A stretch of 64,000 bases of DNA, taken from contig OX597815.1 in NCBI GenBank assembly GCA_951406725.2, positions 154,752,001 through 154,816,000 of the forward strand. Direction: 5' to 3'. The translations under genes and the position numbers were made by a program. Each line of letters begins with the position of its first letter. The first letter of the stretch is position 1. The DNA comes from Octopus vulgaris (taxonomy: Eukaryota). Shown one piece after another: positions 1 through 12,962 of the stretch. Under the pieces are notes generated by a model. The model ran no database searches. It saw only the letters and a program-made list of their open reading frames with translations, and was not told the origin of the DNA.

Positions 1-527
1 GGTATCACATACCTTCGTGTTCGGAACAACAGAATAATATCTCTTGCCAGCGTCTTCTACCAAAGCTTTGGTTTGACAAATAACATCTCAGTGGAATTTG
101 AAGAGATATACAGTATTGTCAATATAATTGGCAGTGTGTTTCCTTTCTCTCTTTCTCTCTCTTTCTCTCTGTCTCTCTCATATCTAGACATGCACGTCAG
201 AACTAGTTAGGTGATATGAACATATAACTGTATCTGTATTTCGTTTCAGTGTTAATTGCTCACTAATTCGAATTACGCATTATAAATTTAACTGTCCTTG
301 TAGGAATTATAGTTGATATATAAATATATATGCACATGAATGCGTGTGTGTGTGTGTATGTGTGCGTGCGTGCGCGCAAGTGCTATTTTTTGCTTATTAC
401 ATGATAAAGAGGAATAAATATACAATTACTACATTAAATATAATATACCACAAGCAATTAACATTAAAATTCAATATTTATCACACGGGTACATACTACT
501 GTGTACATGCACATATAAATAGATACG

Positions 528-593
<66 letters not shown>

Positions 594-739
594 TAGTAGA
601 GATACCAGGCGCCACTCGGGTATAAAAGGGCATAGCTTTGATTGGTTGAAATTGCCGAAATGCAAGAAATTAAACAACAAATAGCTTACAAACTACAGAA
701 TTTTCTCAAAAAAGCCAAGAGAAAAAAATGTTTTATGTA

Positions 740-2031
740 CGAGGGGCGTTCAATAAGTAATGCCTCTGACCCACTTGCAGTTGTTTGATCTAGCTGAAAG
801 TTTGCATGTGCAATTATTTATATCTCTACAGATTAAGTGGCAAATTACAGCTCTGCACTAATTGTGGTTTCCGATTAACAGGTGTTTGAACTGAGTCAAG
901 TGTGAAATGGAGCATGTTGAGTGTCGAGCAGTGAACCGGTTTTTGTATTTGAAAGGACGCACACCACGGGAGACTTTTGATGAAATGAAAGTAACTTATG
1001 GTGATGATGCCCCATCATATGACGTTGTAAAACGCTGGCATCGTGAATTCAAACATGGTCGGAACTCTGTGGAAACAGCTCCCAGATCTGGTCGCCCCCT
1101 TCTGCCATTGATGAGGCATCTGTCCGTCGTGTTGAGGCTGCCATTTTGGAAGATCGACGCATAACTATTCGCCAAATAGCCCATGAGGTCAAGATTAGTA
1201 CCGGGTCTGTGGAAACTATCATTCATGACCATTTGCATATGCAAAAGGTGTCAGCCAGATGGATTGCCAGGTTGCTCACACCTTTCCAGAAGCAAGAACG
1301 CGTCGATTGCCCGAGGATGAATTTGGAGATGTGCCAAGAAGATGAGTCAAAATTTTTCAAAAGACTGATTGCATAGGATAAAACCTGGGTCCATCACTAT
1401 GATCCAGAAACCAAAGCCCAGTCAATGCAGTGGAAGCACCGTGACTCACCTCCTCCAACGAAGGCAAGGGTGCAGCCCTCCGCTGGCAAGGTCATGCTTA
1501 CAGTCTTCTGGGACCAGGACGGAGAAGTGAAGACAGATTTCCTGGCAAAGGGTGCCACAATTACAGGAGCCTATTATGCTTCACTTTTGAGGAAATTAAG
1601 AGAAGCTATCAAAATCAAGAGGCGGGGCAAGATCAGCAAAGGCATCCCCTCCTGCAGGACAACGCTCCGATCCACAACTCGCGTGTCACCAGATCAGAAG
1701 CACAGGCGTGCGGCTATGAACTCCTCCCCCATCCCACCCTACTCTCCTGACCTTGCACCCTCTGATTTTCACCTCTTCCCAGGCATGAAGTTGTTTTTGA
1801 AAGGAAAGCGTTTCCCAGATGATGCAGCCTTGATTTCTGAAGTCACGTCGTGATTGGAAGACCAAGCTGGGGTCTTCTACAAAAACGGCCTTCAGAGCTG
1901 CATCAAACGATGGGAGAAATGCGTAACTCTGGGTGGTTCCTATGTAGAAAAAGACTAATAACTGTTCCAAGTTTCGTTGCTCTACTGCTATGGGAAGTGG
2001 GTCAGGGGCATTACTTATTGAACGCCCCTCG
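740..2031 (+). mobile_element. Tc1/mariner DNA transposon (DD34D mariner), full length 1,292 bp, copy 1
   Basis: TIRs CGAGGGGCGTTCAATAAGTAATGCC / GGCATTACTTATTGAACGCCCCTCG. TA target duplications at 738-739 and 2032-2033. Transposase fragments inside. Confidence 0.97.
907..1958 (+). pseudogene. Mariner transposase, frameshifted and with stop codons
   Basis: ORF pieces 907-1164, 1146-1376 and 1425-1853 contain the HTH region, WIARLL (WVPxxL motif), GKVMLTVFWD and YSPDLAPSDFHLF. In-frame TAG near 1374 and several frameshifts. Confidence 0.95.
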
Positions 2032-2124
2032 TAACACACTACCAGTATACGAAGTTTAAAAGTGTTTAGTTACAAAGAAATTATTTTAAAAATCTGCCGG
2101 CCAAAGTGAAACGATCCTAGTTTT

Positions 2125-2340
2125 TTATTGTTTTAATTGTTTTGGTCATGTGACTGCAGCCATGCTGGAGCAGCGTCTATAGATGAAGAAATCGAACCCG
2201 AAATTTATTCTGTGTCAGTCTAGTACTTATTCTATCAGTGTGTTTCACCGAACGGCTAAGTTACGGGGACTTAAATACAGCAGCATCGGTTGTCAAGCGG
2301 TACAAAGACAGACATGAGCTCGCGCACAAATACAAACATT
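2125..2340 (-). mobile_element. SINE family A, partial diverged copy (3' part)
   Basis: Matches the TGACTGCGGCCATGCTGGAGCAC and GCTAAGTTACGGGGAC blocks of 2405-2748. Confidence 0.75.
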
Positions 2341-2404
2341 AACATATGTATACATACACACATATATATACATATATAAAAACAATATATATATATATAT
2401 ATAT

Positions 2405-2748
2405 ACTCTTTTACTTGTTTCAGTCATTTGACTGCGGCCATGCTGGAGCACCGCCTTTAGTCGAGCAAATCGACCCCAGGACTTATTCTTTGTAAGCTTA
2501 GTACATATTCTATCGTTCTCTATTACGAACCGCTATGTTTCGGGACATGAACACACCAGCAACGATGTTGAGGGTGGGGGCAAACACGAACACACACATA
2601 TATATATATATATACATATATACGACGGGCATCTTTCAGTTTCCATCTACCAAATCCACTGACAAGACTTTGGTCGGCGCTAGGCCATAGTACGATAACC
2701 CGGAACCATGTGGTTCATAAGCTAGCTACTTACCAGACTGCCACTCCT
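2405..2748 (-). mobile_element. tRNA-derived SINE family A with an internal (TA)n/(CA)n tract
   Basis: The minus strand starts AGGAGTGG...TGGTAAG...GGTTCCGGGTT (pol III A/B-box-like head) and ends GGCGGTGCTCCAGCATGGCCGCAGTCAAATGACTGAAACAAGTAAAA. Many copies in the window. Confidence 0.9.
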
Positions 2749-2784
2749 TATAAATATATATAGATATAATATGTATATATATAT

Positions 2785-3103
2785 GTGGTTAGAGCGTCGA
2801 GCTTACGATCATGAGGTTGTGACCTCGAATCCCGCAGCGGGCTGCGTTTTGTGTTCTTGAGCAAGACACTTTATTTGACTTTGCTCCAGTTCACTCAGCT
2901 GTAGAAATAAGTTGCGACGTCACAGATGCCAAGCTGTATCGGTCCTTGCTTGCCCTTGGATATCACTGGTAGCGGGGAGAGGGGAGGCCGGTATGCATAG
3001 GCGACTGCTTGTCTTCCATAAACAATTTTGCCCGGACTTGTGCCTGGGAGGGTAACTTTCTAGGTGCAATCCCATGGTCAGTGTCGTGACCGAAGGGGGT
3101 CTC
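2785..3103 (+). mobile_element. tRNA-derived SINE family B (CORE-like central domain)
   Basis: GTGGTTAGAGCG...TCGAATCCC head, then CTTGAGCAAGACACTTTAT...CAGTTCACTCAGCTGTAGAAA. Homologous to 36379-36720 and 14520-14720. Confidence 0.85.
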
Positions 3104-3105
3104 AG

Positions 3106-3160
<55 letters not shown>

Positions 3161-3210
3161 TATATATACATATATATGTACATGAATATGCATATGTACA
3201 TATATATATA

Positions 3211-4253
3211 TCTTTATATATATAAAACTGAGAATGTCTGTCTGTCTGTGTGTTTCCCTAAAACTTGAGAACTACACAACCAATTTCCTTCAAATTTTAC
3301 ACATGCCTTAATTAGGGTCCGGGGAATGTCATCGGCAAAAAATTTTAACTTTTTGCCTAGGGCGAGCCGACAGCAATATCATATCATCTCCACTATTTCA
3401 GTATTATGTGTTAAAAGTGAAACAAAAACGTTTCTCTATTTTATGTCAGATATTTTCACTTTAACAATAAAAATAATAACAGTTGAATTATATGTAGTAA
3501 GTAAAAATTAAAATCAAACTAAACGATAATATAATCGTAACATAACAAAAGTAAAAATAGCAATTGGTATAAAATTGCCTCAATGATTTGAACTTGAATA
3601 AGTGGTTTCACATGAATGGGAATAAATTAAAAATAAAATTAGCGTGCAGAAATTGAATAGTCCAGATGGATAATTAAAAATTAAATTAAATTAGAATATT
3701 AATTAAATTAAATTAGAATATTGTCTATAAAGTATACAATGTAGAGAAAAAAGAAGATTTGAACACATGGAGGAAAGCACCTTCGAAAAGTGTCTTGGTG
3801 CGACTATGAAAGGTATCTAATCACAGGCGGTAAATTCGCCACAATAGAAGCAAGGTTCGAGTCAACGGAGCGTGCAAATGAGTACTCCACACGAACTTGC
3901 AAAGTGGAAATATTTTATTTTTACCTTTATATCTGGGACGTAGGACGTTCCGGAAAAAATTTAAAATGACCCCCCCACCAGAAGTGGAGGTAGGCTGGAT
4001 TGTTGCCACACTTCTATACAAGAGGGAGGAAAGGATACAATTGATCGAAATTACAAAAGACGGGCTAACAATTCCAGTCTGTTATATATTTTGAGTATTG
4101 TTATCACTAGCGATATCAAGATATAACTTTGTATTTTGTATTTTATGTGTAGATGTATATATATAGATGTACATGTAATATGTACACATATATATACACA
4201 TATATACATGCACTAGCACTATGACCCGGCAACGACGGGTCTTTAATGGTAGT
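3211..4253 (+). mobile_element. Non-autonomous Helitron-like element
   Basis: A|TCTTTATATATATAAAA start followed by (GTCT)n. Candidate terminal hairpin GACCCGGCAACGACGGGTC at about 4223-4241. The 3' boundary is uncertain. Confidence 0.55.
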
Positions 4254-4306
4254 ACATATATAAAGATGAATCTATATACATATATATATGTATATATGTA
4301 TATATA

Positions 4307-4364
<58 letters not shown>

Positions 4365-4374
<10 letters not shown>

Positions 4375-4662
4375 TAGGGATGGTAATAGTAAAATACCAT
4401 CTCGAGTGGTAAGCGAGTTACCAGCCGAACAGGTAAATTAATAAAATATATACATACAATATAAGATATGTACATATATATACAAGAGTACTAAATGATT
4501 ACCTATATCGTTAAAAAATAGAAGTAAAAAAATACTTGTATACAACCGAATAATCACAAATGTATATTGAATGTAAATATTTTATTAATTTACCTGTACG
4601 GCTGATAATTCGCTTACCACTCGTGATAGTAATTTAATAATATCATCCCTATATTTATTTAT
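4365..4662. repeat. Foldback: inverted arms of about 85 bp (4365-4450 / 4576-4662)
   Basis: ATAGGGATGGTA...GAGTGGTAAGCGAGTTACCAGCCGAACAGGTAAATTAATAAA is the imperfect reverse complement of TTTATTAATTTACCTGTACGGCTGATAATTCGCTTACCACTC...ATCCCTAT. Confidence 0.85.
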
Positions 4663-5849
4663 AAATTTTACAGATTTCGTTTGGTCCTATAGTGTTTGGT
4701 CACTTCAAAAGAACTTTTTCAGGCATGGTGTGGGAGAGTGTTGGTAGTGGTTTGGCTGGTAGACTTTGGCTGATGGGTAGTCGGGCACATGTTCGGCGCT
4801 AAATTTCGAAACCGGTACCCGGTATCGAAATTTTAGAAGAATTGAAAGAAAATATTTTTTAAAAGAATATTTGTATAGTGTTCAAATACATTAATCACAA
4901 GTTTTCAAATTCAGATTTTACGAATTTCTTTGCACGAAATGTTCATAGATTATGCAAACACATGTTCCTACACGAAACAAATATACAAATAAAATCACAC
5001 ACAAACAAACACATATACATAAATGATGTTGATTATAGTAATTCGAACCACCCTTAATTTTGTTACATTTAATAGGCTTCCCAAAGCGGTTTGAGTTCAA
5101 CAAACTTATAAGAGGGAATATATGTAATGGCCTCTGAATTTGACAAGTCTAAACAATCAGAGCTTCGATCGTATTTAATCAAAGAAGAAACAGGCAATGA
5201 TGATTTTTGGATCGTAAACTTGTTATGAAATCAGTGACTCAACAAAGAAAGAATATATTTGAAGAGAAAAAACAACCTGTAATGTATAAAACAAATTGGA
5301 ATAATCTTGAGAAATTGATTCACAGTTATAAAAATATAGTTTCAATTGCTGCAAGCATTAGCTTTGTAATATGAATTTTCCGGTATAGTGACAAGACTAT
5401 TTAAATGCAGATGTATTCATCGTAATAAATGACAAAATAGAAAGAATTGAAATAAGCTTGCAGAAATATACAAACAAAATTTAATTATCAGGACTCGGAG
5501 GTAAATACAAGAAATATTTAAAACTAGGCAATATGCATTGACGGATTGATAAAGAAAATAGATCCTGAGCAAGTTCATAACACTTGAAATACTAATATTA
5601 CATGATGTACAACGGTAGATTTTGTAATCATCCAGAACTATCTTTGATATATATATGTTTACTGTGAGGGAAGTTAAATATTAAAGATCAGAAAAAGCAA
5701 TATATCATGCCTAAAGGAAAAAATTAATGGAAAATACGAATGTAACAACTCTTTGTGAGAGAGAGATTAGAGCTAATAATCTGATCGGTGACACAACGAA
5801 TAAAAAACATTTACCATACCCAATTCATGTTTTATGATTGTACAAATCG

Positions 5850-5941
<92 letters not shown>

Positions 5942-6009
5942 TATATATATAATATATATATATATAATATAATATACACACATACATATATAAAATCTAT
6001 ATTTTTTAT

Positions 6010-6173
6010 TTCATCTAGTTTTAGCTCACGAGCTGTGGCCATGCTGGGGCACCGCCATTTGGTGTTGCTACATCATTTTCCTTCACGAATGTTTTTTAGC
6101 AATTGACATTTGTTACAAGAGAGAGTTTGATGCAGCTGCCCTCATCTGCACCTCCTGCTGCGAAGTTGGTTCA
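6010..6173 (-). mobile_element. CR1/L2-group LINE 3' end, short copy
   Basis: Direct-repeat homolog of 6308-6465. Confidence 0.75.
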
Positions 6174-6209
6174 TATATGTATGTATATACATAAACAAAC
6201 AACAACATA

Positions 6210-6261
<52 letters not shown>

Positions 6262-6307
6262 CATATATATATATACATACATATATACATATATATTTTT
6301 GGTATTT

Positions 6308-6610
6308 TCTCTAGCTTCAGCTCAGAGCTGCGGCCATGCTGATGCCCCGCCGTTTTACTACACTGTTATTACTAAGAGCCACATCTACTGTGTGGCACTT
6401 GCTGAAGAACGGAGTTTGATATAGCTACCCTCATTTGCACCTCTTGCCGTGAGGTTGGTTCATCTGGGACTCTCGACAGGAAGAGGTCCAGCTTTGATTA
6501 AAAAATCCCTACATCTACTGTATGCAAGTTCCTCAGACTCTTTGGGAGAATATTAAAAAGCTGCGGGCCCTTGAAACCCAGGCTACTGCAGTAACCGCTC
6601 CTGAAGCGTG
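6308..6610 (-). mobile_element. CR1/L2-group LINE 3' end (C-terminus of ORF2 plus 3' UTR)
   Basis: The minus strand translates to SLGFKGPQLFNILPKSLRNL...KLDLFLSRVPDEP, typical of the CR1/L2-group ORF2 C-terminus. Confidence 0.8.
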
Positions 6611-7136
6611 ACCAGAAGATATTGACCAGTCTCCGTGTATAACTTTCACGCTTGCACGCAAGCCATTTTACTGCACATTAGTTGCTTGCTGATGTTCGAA
6701 AAATAAATTTTTTGCCGGTGGAGTAATACGATTTTTGCTCTCGTGATTGGACTGAGGCTACGCTGTTTTCCCATTATTAATCAATTGTATAATAGCGTTA
6801 AATTATAACACTATATAGTGCACTTAGGCTACTTGTGTAACCACCCATTTTGACAAAAAAAATTGCATACATATTACATGGTCTTAAACTAATTTTGCCT
6901 GTAAATTTGAAACGTTTATATTAATTTAGCATTCGAATTCTTCAAGTTGAATAAAATTAATTACTGTTTCCATCATTCGAAAGAGAAATACATTCTGCAT
7001 AAGGTGTAAAAGATAGAAATAATTTGTATGGAGTTGGTAAAAAAAAATATGGTAACAATTAGAACTTTTATCAGCGGTCTTAAATTTATTTTCGCCAGTG
7101 TATGAAGCAATCATCCAAATACCTCTTCCAGTTCTC

Positions 7137-7232
<96 letters not shown>

Positions 7233-8485
7233 TGTATGTATGTATGAATATCATATTAATGATAGACATAGAAACCAACATTATATAAAAAGTTAAAATG
7301 GAAATGATAAAAATGTTGAGAGAATCCTGAAAGAATTGCTATAGACGAATATAGCAGTTGACAATATGTGAAGGAATTAGCAAAGTGTAGCAAGTGCTTA
7401 CACTCAAACCTTTTTTCCTGCGTATTGCCCATTTAGAAAAAGAAATTGATGCAACAACTTTCGCGTATAAACTTATATAAAACTTAGAGGCAAATGTTAC
7501 TGTGTCAAGTGAATTTTGATTAAATTATGAAAATAGTCACGCAAGTTAGTAACAATAAAAAGATATTGCAGCTATGAAAACCGTTGTGAGATTAGAGAAA
7601 TGTGTGAATAAAAAAATACACAAAATACATTTCCAAATGCAGCTTTAATAACATAGAACTGCCGTTTAAGATTTTCTGAAGTGTATAGATCTCACCACTC
7701 AAATCGGATAGCCATTTGTTGTATTTAAAATATTCATAGAGGTATAGAAAGTAAAGAAATTTAGCTTCAGAACTAGTACAGATATAGTATAAATAAAGTG
7801 AGTTGTTTCTCAATGCATGCATTATTGTGTAATATAACTCATTGATTCCTGAGGTATCAGTGTATAAACGATTATTAATTCATTTTGTAATAATCTTGAT
7901 GTAAAATGGTGTATTGAAACATATATTATTGTATTTCGGGATGTTCATTTTTTTTTACCGAATAAACACGCGCGCGATATTTTTTTATATTCGCTCGTTT
8001 ATTACTGTTCTTATTTTATTATTTTAACTCATGTCCATTGTCCGGAAATTTATCGTTTCACATTTGTGAGCTCTTCAGCTACAGCTTTTATTTTAGTGTG
8101 TGCTTTTGCTCCACTTAAACAATTCTGCTCTTCTAAGATGTGTATCCGTATGTGCGCATGCGTTTGTGCCTTTGCTTGTGTGTACGTGTGTCTGTATGCT
8201 TGTGTGTATGTCATAACTTTTAGCATCAGTGTGGCCTTCCCCTCAGCCCCATCATTTCACTCCATTGTGCTCCTGGTGTACTAAGATCCCAGCAAAAAAA
8301 CACTAAAAATAATATATATGGTGTTGTGTCTGAGGAGAGTCATTCTGTTTTACTGCCTTATAATTTTACACACTCACCGATAAAATTCTCATTAACTTCT
8401 TTTCTATTTTTCTAAACTTTTCGTTGAGTCTTGCAGCCTTATCAATAGTTTTGACTCTGTCCGTTATTGACACTGCATTCTTTTT

Positions 8486-10015
8486 GTTTGTTTGGGCGCA
8501 TATATGTCAGTTTGTGTGTGTGTGCGTGTGCGTGCATAAACTTTCATGTATATATGTATGTATACACGTGTGTATGTATGTATGTGCATATGTATAAATG
8601 TATGTATGTGTGTATATTTGTATGGATGCATTCTGCATAATCATGTGATTGCATGTCAGTGTTTGTGTACTTTTATGTATGTGTGTGTGTTTGCGCGCGC
8701 GCTGGTGTACCTCTGTCACCTTCTGTGTGTATGTCTGAGTGTGTGTGTGTTTTGCAATTATATACGGTGTTTTTATGTATGGATGTGTATCTCCATATGT
8801 GTGGACATGTATCCCCATAAATGTCCTCGTGTGAAGTAAAGTGTGTGTGTGTGTGTGTATATATGGTCATGTCTTTCAATCTTCATTTGTGTGTGTGTAC
8901 TTGTCTGTTCATGTAAACTATATACCTGCCCGTCTGTATGTTGATCTGTTTACTTTCATATCCATATGCTTACATATATGTGCATATACACATATATACA
9001 TACCCCCCCCCCACACACACATACACTTATATATCTACATAACAGCCCACTAACTATTCTACTCTACCTGTGTAAACTGTGGGTGTGGGGGTATGATATC
9101 TACTATGCATACTTCCTATTTAGTATTGGGAAGTTTCATTTATGAGGACGTACTCCTGTATTTCTCTGAGTGCTTAGGGTGCTTGGATAAGATGCGGATG
9201 TCAAGTTGACCCAGGTTGCCTACTCTACCAACATACCAAAAACCAACATGGAGGCAACCTGGGTCAACTTGACATCCGCATCTTATCCAAGCACCCAAAG
9301 GACCCAACACTCAGACAAATACAAGAGTACGTCCACATAAATGAAATTTCCCAATACTAAACAGGAAATATACATAGTAGATATACCCCATATCTACAAT
9401 TTAGTAGTATAGTAAGTGGTCTGTTATATAGATAGATGAGTGTATGTGTGTGTGAGTGTATGTATATATATATATGTATATGTATGTATGTATGTATGTA
9501 TGCATGTATGTATGTATGTATGTATGTATGTATGTATGTATGTATGTATGTATATGCACATGTATGTAAGCATATGGATATGAAAGTAAACGGATCAACA
9601 TATAGACGGGCAGGTACATAGTTTATATGAACAGCCAAGCACACGTACACAAATGAAGACTGAAACACATGAATATATATACACACACGCTTTACTTCAC
9701 ACAAGGATACATATAGAGACATACGTCCACAGATATAGAGATACACATCCATACATACAAACACAGTACACAGTTGCAAACACACACTCTCAGACGTGCA
9801 CACACAAGGAGACAGAGGTATACACACACACATATATACATAAAAACACACAAACACGGAAGGCAAACATGAGTATGCAGAATACATACAAATGTATATA
9901 CATACATACATATATACATATGCACAGACACACATACATGCATACACACATGCATACATACATACATTCATGTGTATGCACACACACTAACCGACACATA
10001 TGCGCACAAACGAAC
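8486..10015. repeat. Long foldback: arms of about 740-760 bp (8486-9221 / 9252-10015) with a 30-bp spacer
   Basis: The innermost arms GGTGCTTGGATAAGATGCGGATGTCAAGTTGACCCAGGTTGCCT / AGGCAACCTGGGTCAACTTGACATCCGCATCTTATCCAAGCACC are exact reverse complements. Similarity continues outward through (TG)n-rich sequence. Confidence 0.93.
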
Positions 10016-10101
10016 TTGACTCTAAAACCACATTAAATATTCATACTCACCAGGAGAGAAGACAAAGAAACAAAATAAATTAGCAAAATAATTACTGGAT
10101 A

Positions 10102-10159
10102 ATTTCAGATCCCGGATTTCTGACTCTGCATAAGAAATGCTCTGCCTTCATCAGCAGAA
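10102..10159 (-). ncRNA. Type I hammerhead ribozyme motif (inverted paralog of 10611-10667)
   Basis: Minus strand: UUCUG CUGAUGA AGGC AGA GCAU UUCUU AUGC AGA GUC A GAAA UCC G GG AUC UGAAA. Core intact, stem I mismatched. Confidence 0.65.
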
Positions 10160-10465
10160 TATACTCAGATAGCACATGTCAAGTTTTGGTTGCCATTTCC
10201 AGCGTGGTGGTATCTCTTAGATACCCTAAATTATAATTTTAATAATTATTATTACATTCGAAGGTTTTTATTCCCATGATGGCCACCTGATAAGATCGGT
10301 ATTTAAATAACGATGTTATCCTTATTCATATAAATTTTTATATTTATTTCGTCATTATATTCACTGCGGTGGTATTTTGACCATGTCCCACGAGGGGTTT
10401 TAGGCGGGCAATTGGTCGTGTGCATATGTACATATATATCTATGTATTCGTATTTTGTGTATATA

Positions 10466-10501
<36 letters not shown>

Positions 10502-10610
10502 TGTATGTATGTATGTATGTATGTATGTATGTATGTATGCATGTATGTATGTATGTATGTATGTATGCATGTATGTATGTATGTATGTATTTATGTGCTA
10601 TCTGAGTATA

Positions 10611-10667
10611 TTCCACTGATGAAGACAGAGTATTTCTTATGCAGAGCCAGAAATCCAGGATCTGGAA
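10611..10667 (+). ncRNA. Type I hammerhead ribozyme motif
   Basis: Stem I UUCCA/UGGAA, core CUGAUGA (10616-10622), GAAA (10650-10653), near-palindromic stem III AUCC-A-GGAU, AUC cleavage triplet at 10660-10662. Stem II partly mismatched in this copy. Confidence 0.75.
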
Positions 10668-12729
10668 TTATCCATTAATTTTTTACTAGCTTATTTTGTC
10701 TCTTTGTCTTCTCTCCAAGTACTGTATGAACATTGAATGTGGTTTCAGAGTCATGTTTTGGCTGCTATTTCCAACGTGGTGGTATCTGTTAGATATTTAT
10801 CTATTTTATTTATACATCTATTTCTATTTCTCAATAAGTCTCACAGGTAAGTGCATCAACGGATGTTGTGTGTATATCCTAGTATGTTTCAGTGTATTAT
10901 TTACGATTTTCCTCTTCTTACTTCCCATCCTTAGTTATATGCTGTGGTGTGGTGGTGAGCGTTACTGTTCAATTCGTATTTTCTATTGAGGCTCGGGCTG
11001 TCTACGTGTAGCCTCTGTGCGTCAGTTCTATGTGTTGATAGTACTTTAACCTCTATATTATTAATCGATCCTCCATACTCTGCGTACGCTCTGCTATGCT
11101 GCATGGAGCCTCTGCAATGTAGGTAGTTGTCATGTTTTTGCACCGTCCCTCAGTACATCATAGGCTATACACTATATTACTAACCTTATATTTAACTTGT
11201 GGACTTACCCTACATACAACACAACTGTATTCCGTACATGGGGGCTTATCAAAGGCATAAGTATTGCAGATTAGGGATCTTTAAGGGGCACGAAGCATCT
11301 CTTATAAATACAACAATAACAGTATATATATACGTGTGTGTGTGTGTGTGTGTGTCGGTGTACATGTATGTGTGCATGTGTGCATGTATGTATGTGTGTA
11401 AGAGTAAAAGGTCAATTCATACAGATTTTATATATGAAGCTTATAAATTACATATATGCATAATGGCCCTGTTGTTTTCAGCTGTGAGCCTTATCTTCTC
11501 ATTTTAATTGTTTACATTCAGGTGCATAAGCTCATTAGCTATAGTACCATAAAAAGCTGTTAACCTTTCGCCCAGCAGACCGACATCTTACCAAACTGAC
11601 CAGATGAGAATTTCCTACAGCCTACGCTTCCATGAAAACCAAAGTGGGGAAAAAGAAACAATATTCTGATACATATTATCATCGAAGTGTCAATTTCTGA
11701 TGTGGGAGAATTATATAAATATATTATGACATATTGAAAAATCCCAGAATCTATTGGCACTTAAATGGATGATTACCTTTCAGCTAGCAGGAAGTAAAGG
11801 AAAATAATTACGTTTTCAGAATAGTGATGTGTACAATGCACACGTATATAGAAATATCTACATGGACAGAAGCATGTATAGACATACGTATGTCCACAGT
11901 ACATAGGTGCATGTGCCGGCACAAAGACATGCGTGGCAGAGGAAATATATTACAGTAATTGCTTTTCTGGACTTATCTGGAATACTAATTAGAAGGAATG
12001 GAACGCTTCAAATAGAAATGTCCCATGACATTTCAAGATGTATTTTTTCTAGAGAAATGTTTACTAAATCATTTGTTTTACCGTGTTAAACAATAACTTG
12101 ACCTACGTGACTCAGCTCTTGTCTTAAAAGAATATTATACAACCTATTAATTCAGTTGGCGAAAAATCTAAAATGAAGGCTGGATATCCCCATTTAGATA
12201 TTCCTATCTGTAGGCAGACTGTATTTGCCATTCGAGAGAAATCTCAATTCATCAATGAAAGCCAATAGTACTCATATCGATATTTGCATAAGGTTATCAT
12301 TTTGCTTGCGCAATACGAAAATTAAAAAAAAAAACCTTTATCAGTAATTACATTGGTAATATGCAATGGAGTTCGATAAGGCGGATTAAAACAATTGGGA
12401 CAGGAAACAAGAAAAGTGCAGCACAAAATAAAACAAGAAAATAACTTGTCTTCAACGCGATTATTCACATATGATACGTGGCAGTAAATAAATGTATTGG
12501 ACTTGGAATTCATTGGTACAGAATTCGGTGGCTAATATACTGTGGATGTTAATAAATCTAGTATATATTTATGGGTATGTATTTAAGATGCTCGTAGTGC
12601 AACTGCATGGTTTCGTGATCAAGCTCGACATCTTGGTTAAGTGTCTTCTACTGTAGCTCCGGACCGACCACGCTCTTTAATAGACAGAAACTGTCAACTT
12701 CTGATGTAAATGTATATGCACATATGCAT

Positions 12730-12962
12730 GAGGCGGCAAACTGGCAGAAACGTTAGCGCGCCGGGCAAAATGCTTAGCTGTATTTCGTCTGCCTTTACTT
12801 TCTGAGTTCAAATTCCGCCGAGGTCGACTTTGCCTTTCATCCTTTCGGGGTCGATTAAATAATTACCAGTTACTCTCTAGGGTCAATATATTCGACTTAA
12901 TCCCTTTGTCTGTCCTTGTTTGTCCCCTCTATGTTTAGCCCCTTGTGAGCAATAAAGAAATA
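12730..12962 (+). mobile_element. SINE family C (Meta-domain-like core)
   Basis: GGCGGC..CTGGCAGAA...GAGTTCAAATTCC head, then GTCGACTTTGCCTTTCATCCTTTCGGGGTCGAT. Homologs at 20254 and 47879. Confidence 0.85.

Larger units (their letters stand above)
593..2116 (-). mobile_element. Non-autonomous Helitron-like fragment, interrupted by the mariner at 740-2031
   Basis: The minus strand ends in an imperfect GC hairpin (ACCCGAGTGGCGCCTGGT) followed by CTAG|T at 593. This resembles the 3' ends at 47804 and 50465. No 5' TC terminus found, so the right boundary is approximate. Confidence 0.45.

Noticed and set aside
8325-8472. CTGAGGA followed by a long-range GAGTC/GACTC pairing
   Set aside because: No GAAA after the putative stem II, so it is not supportable as a ribozyme.
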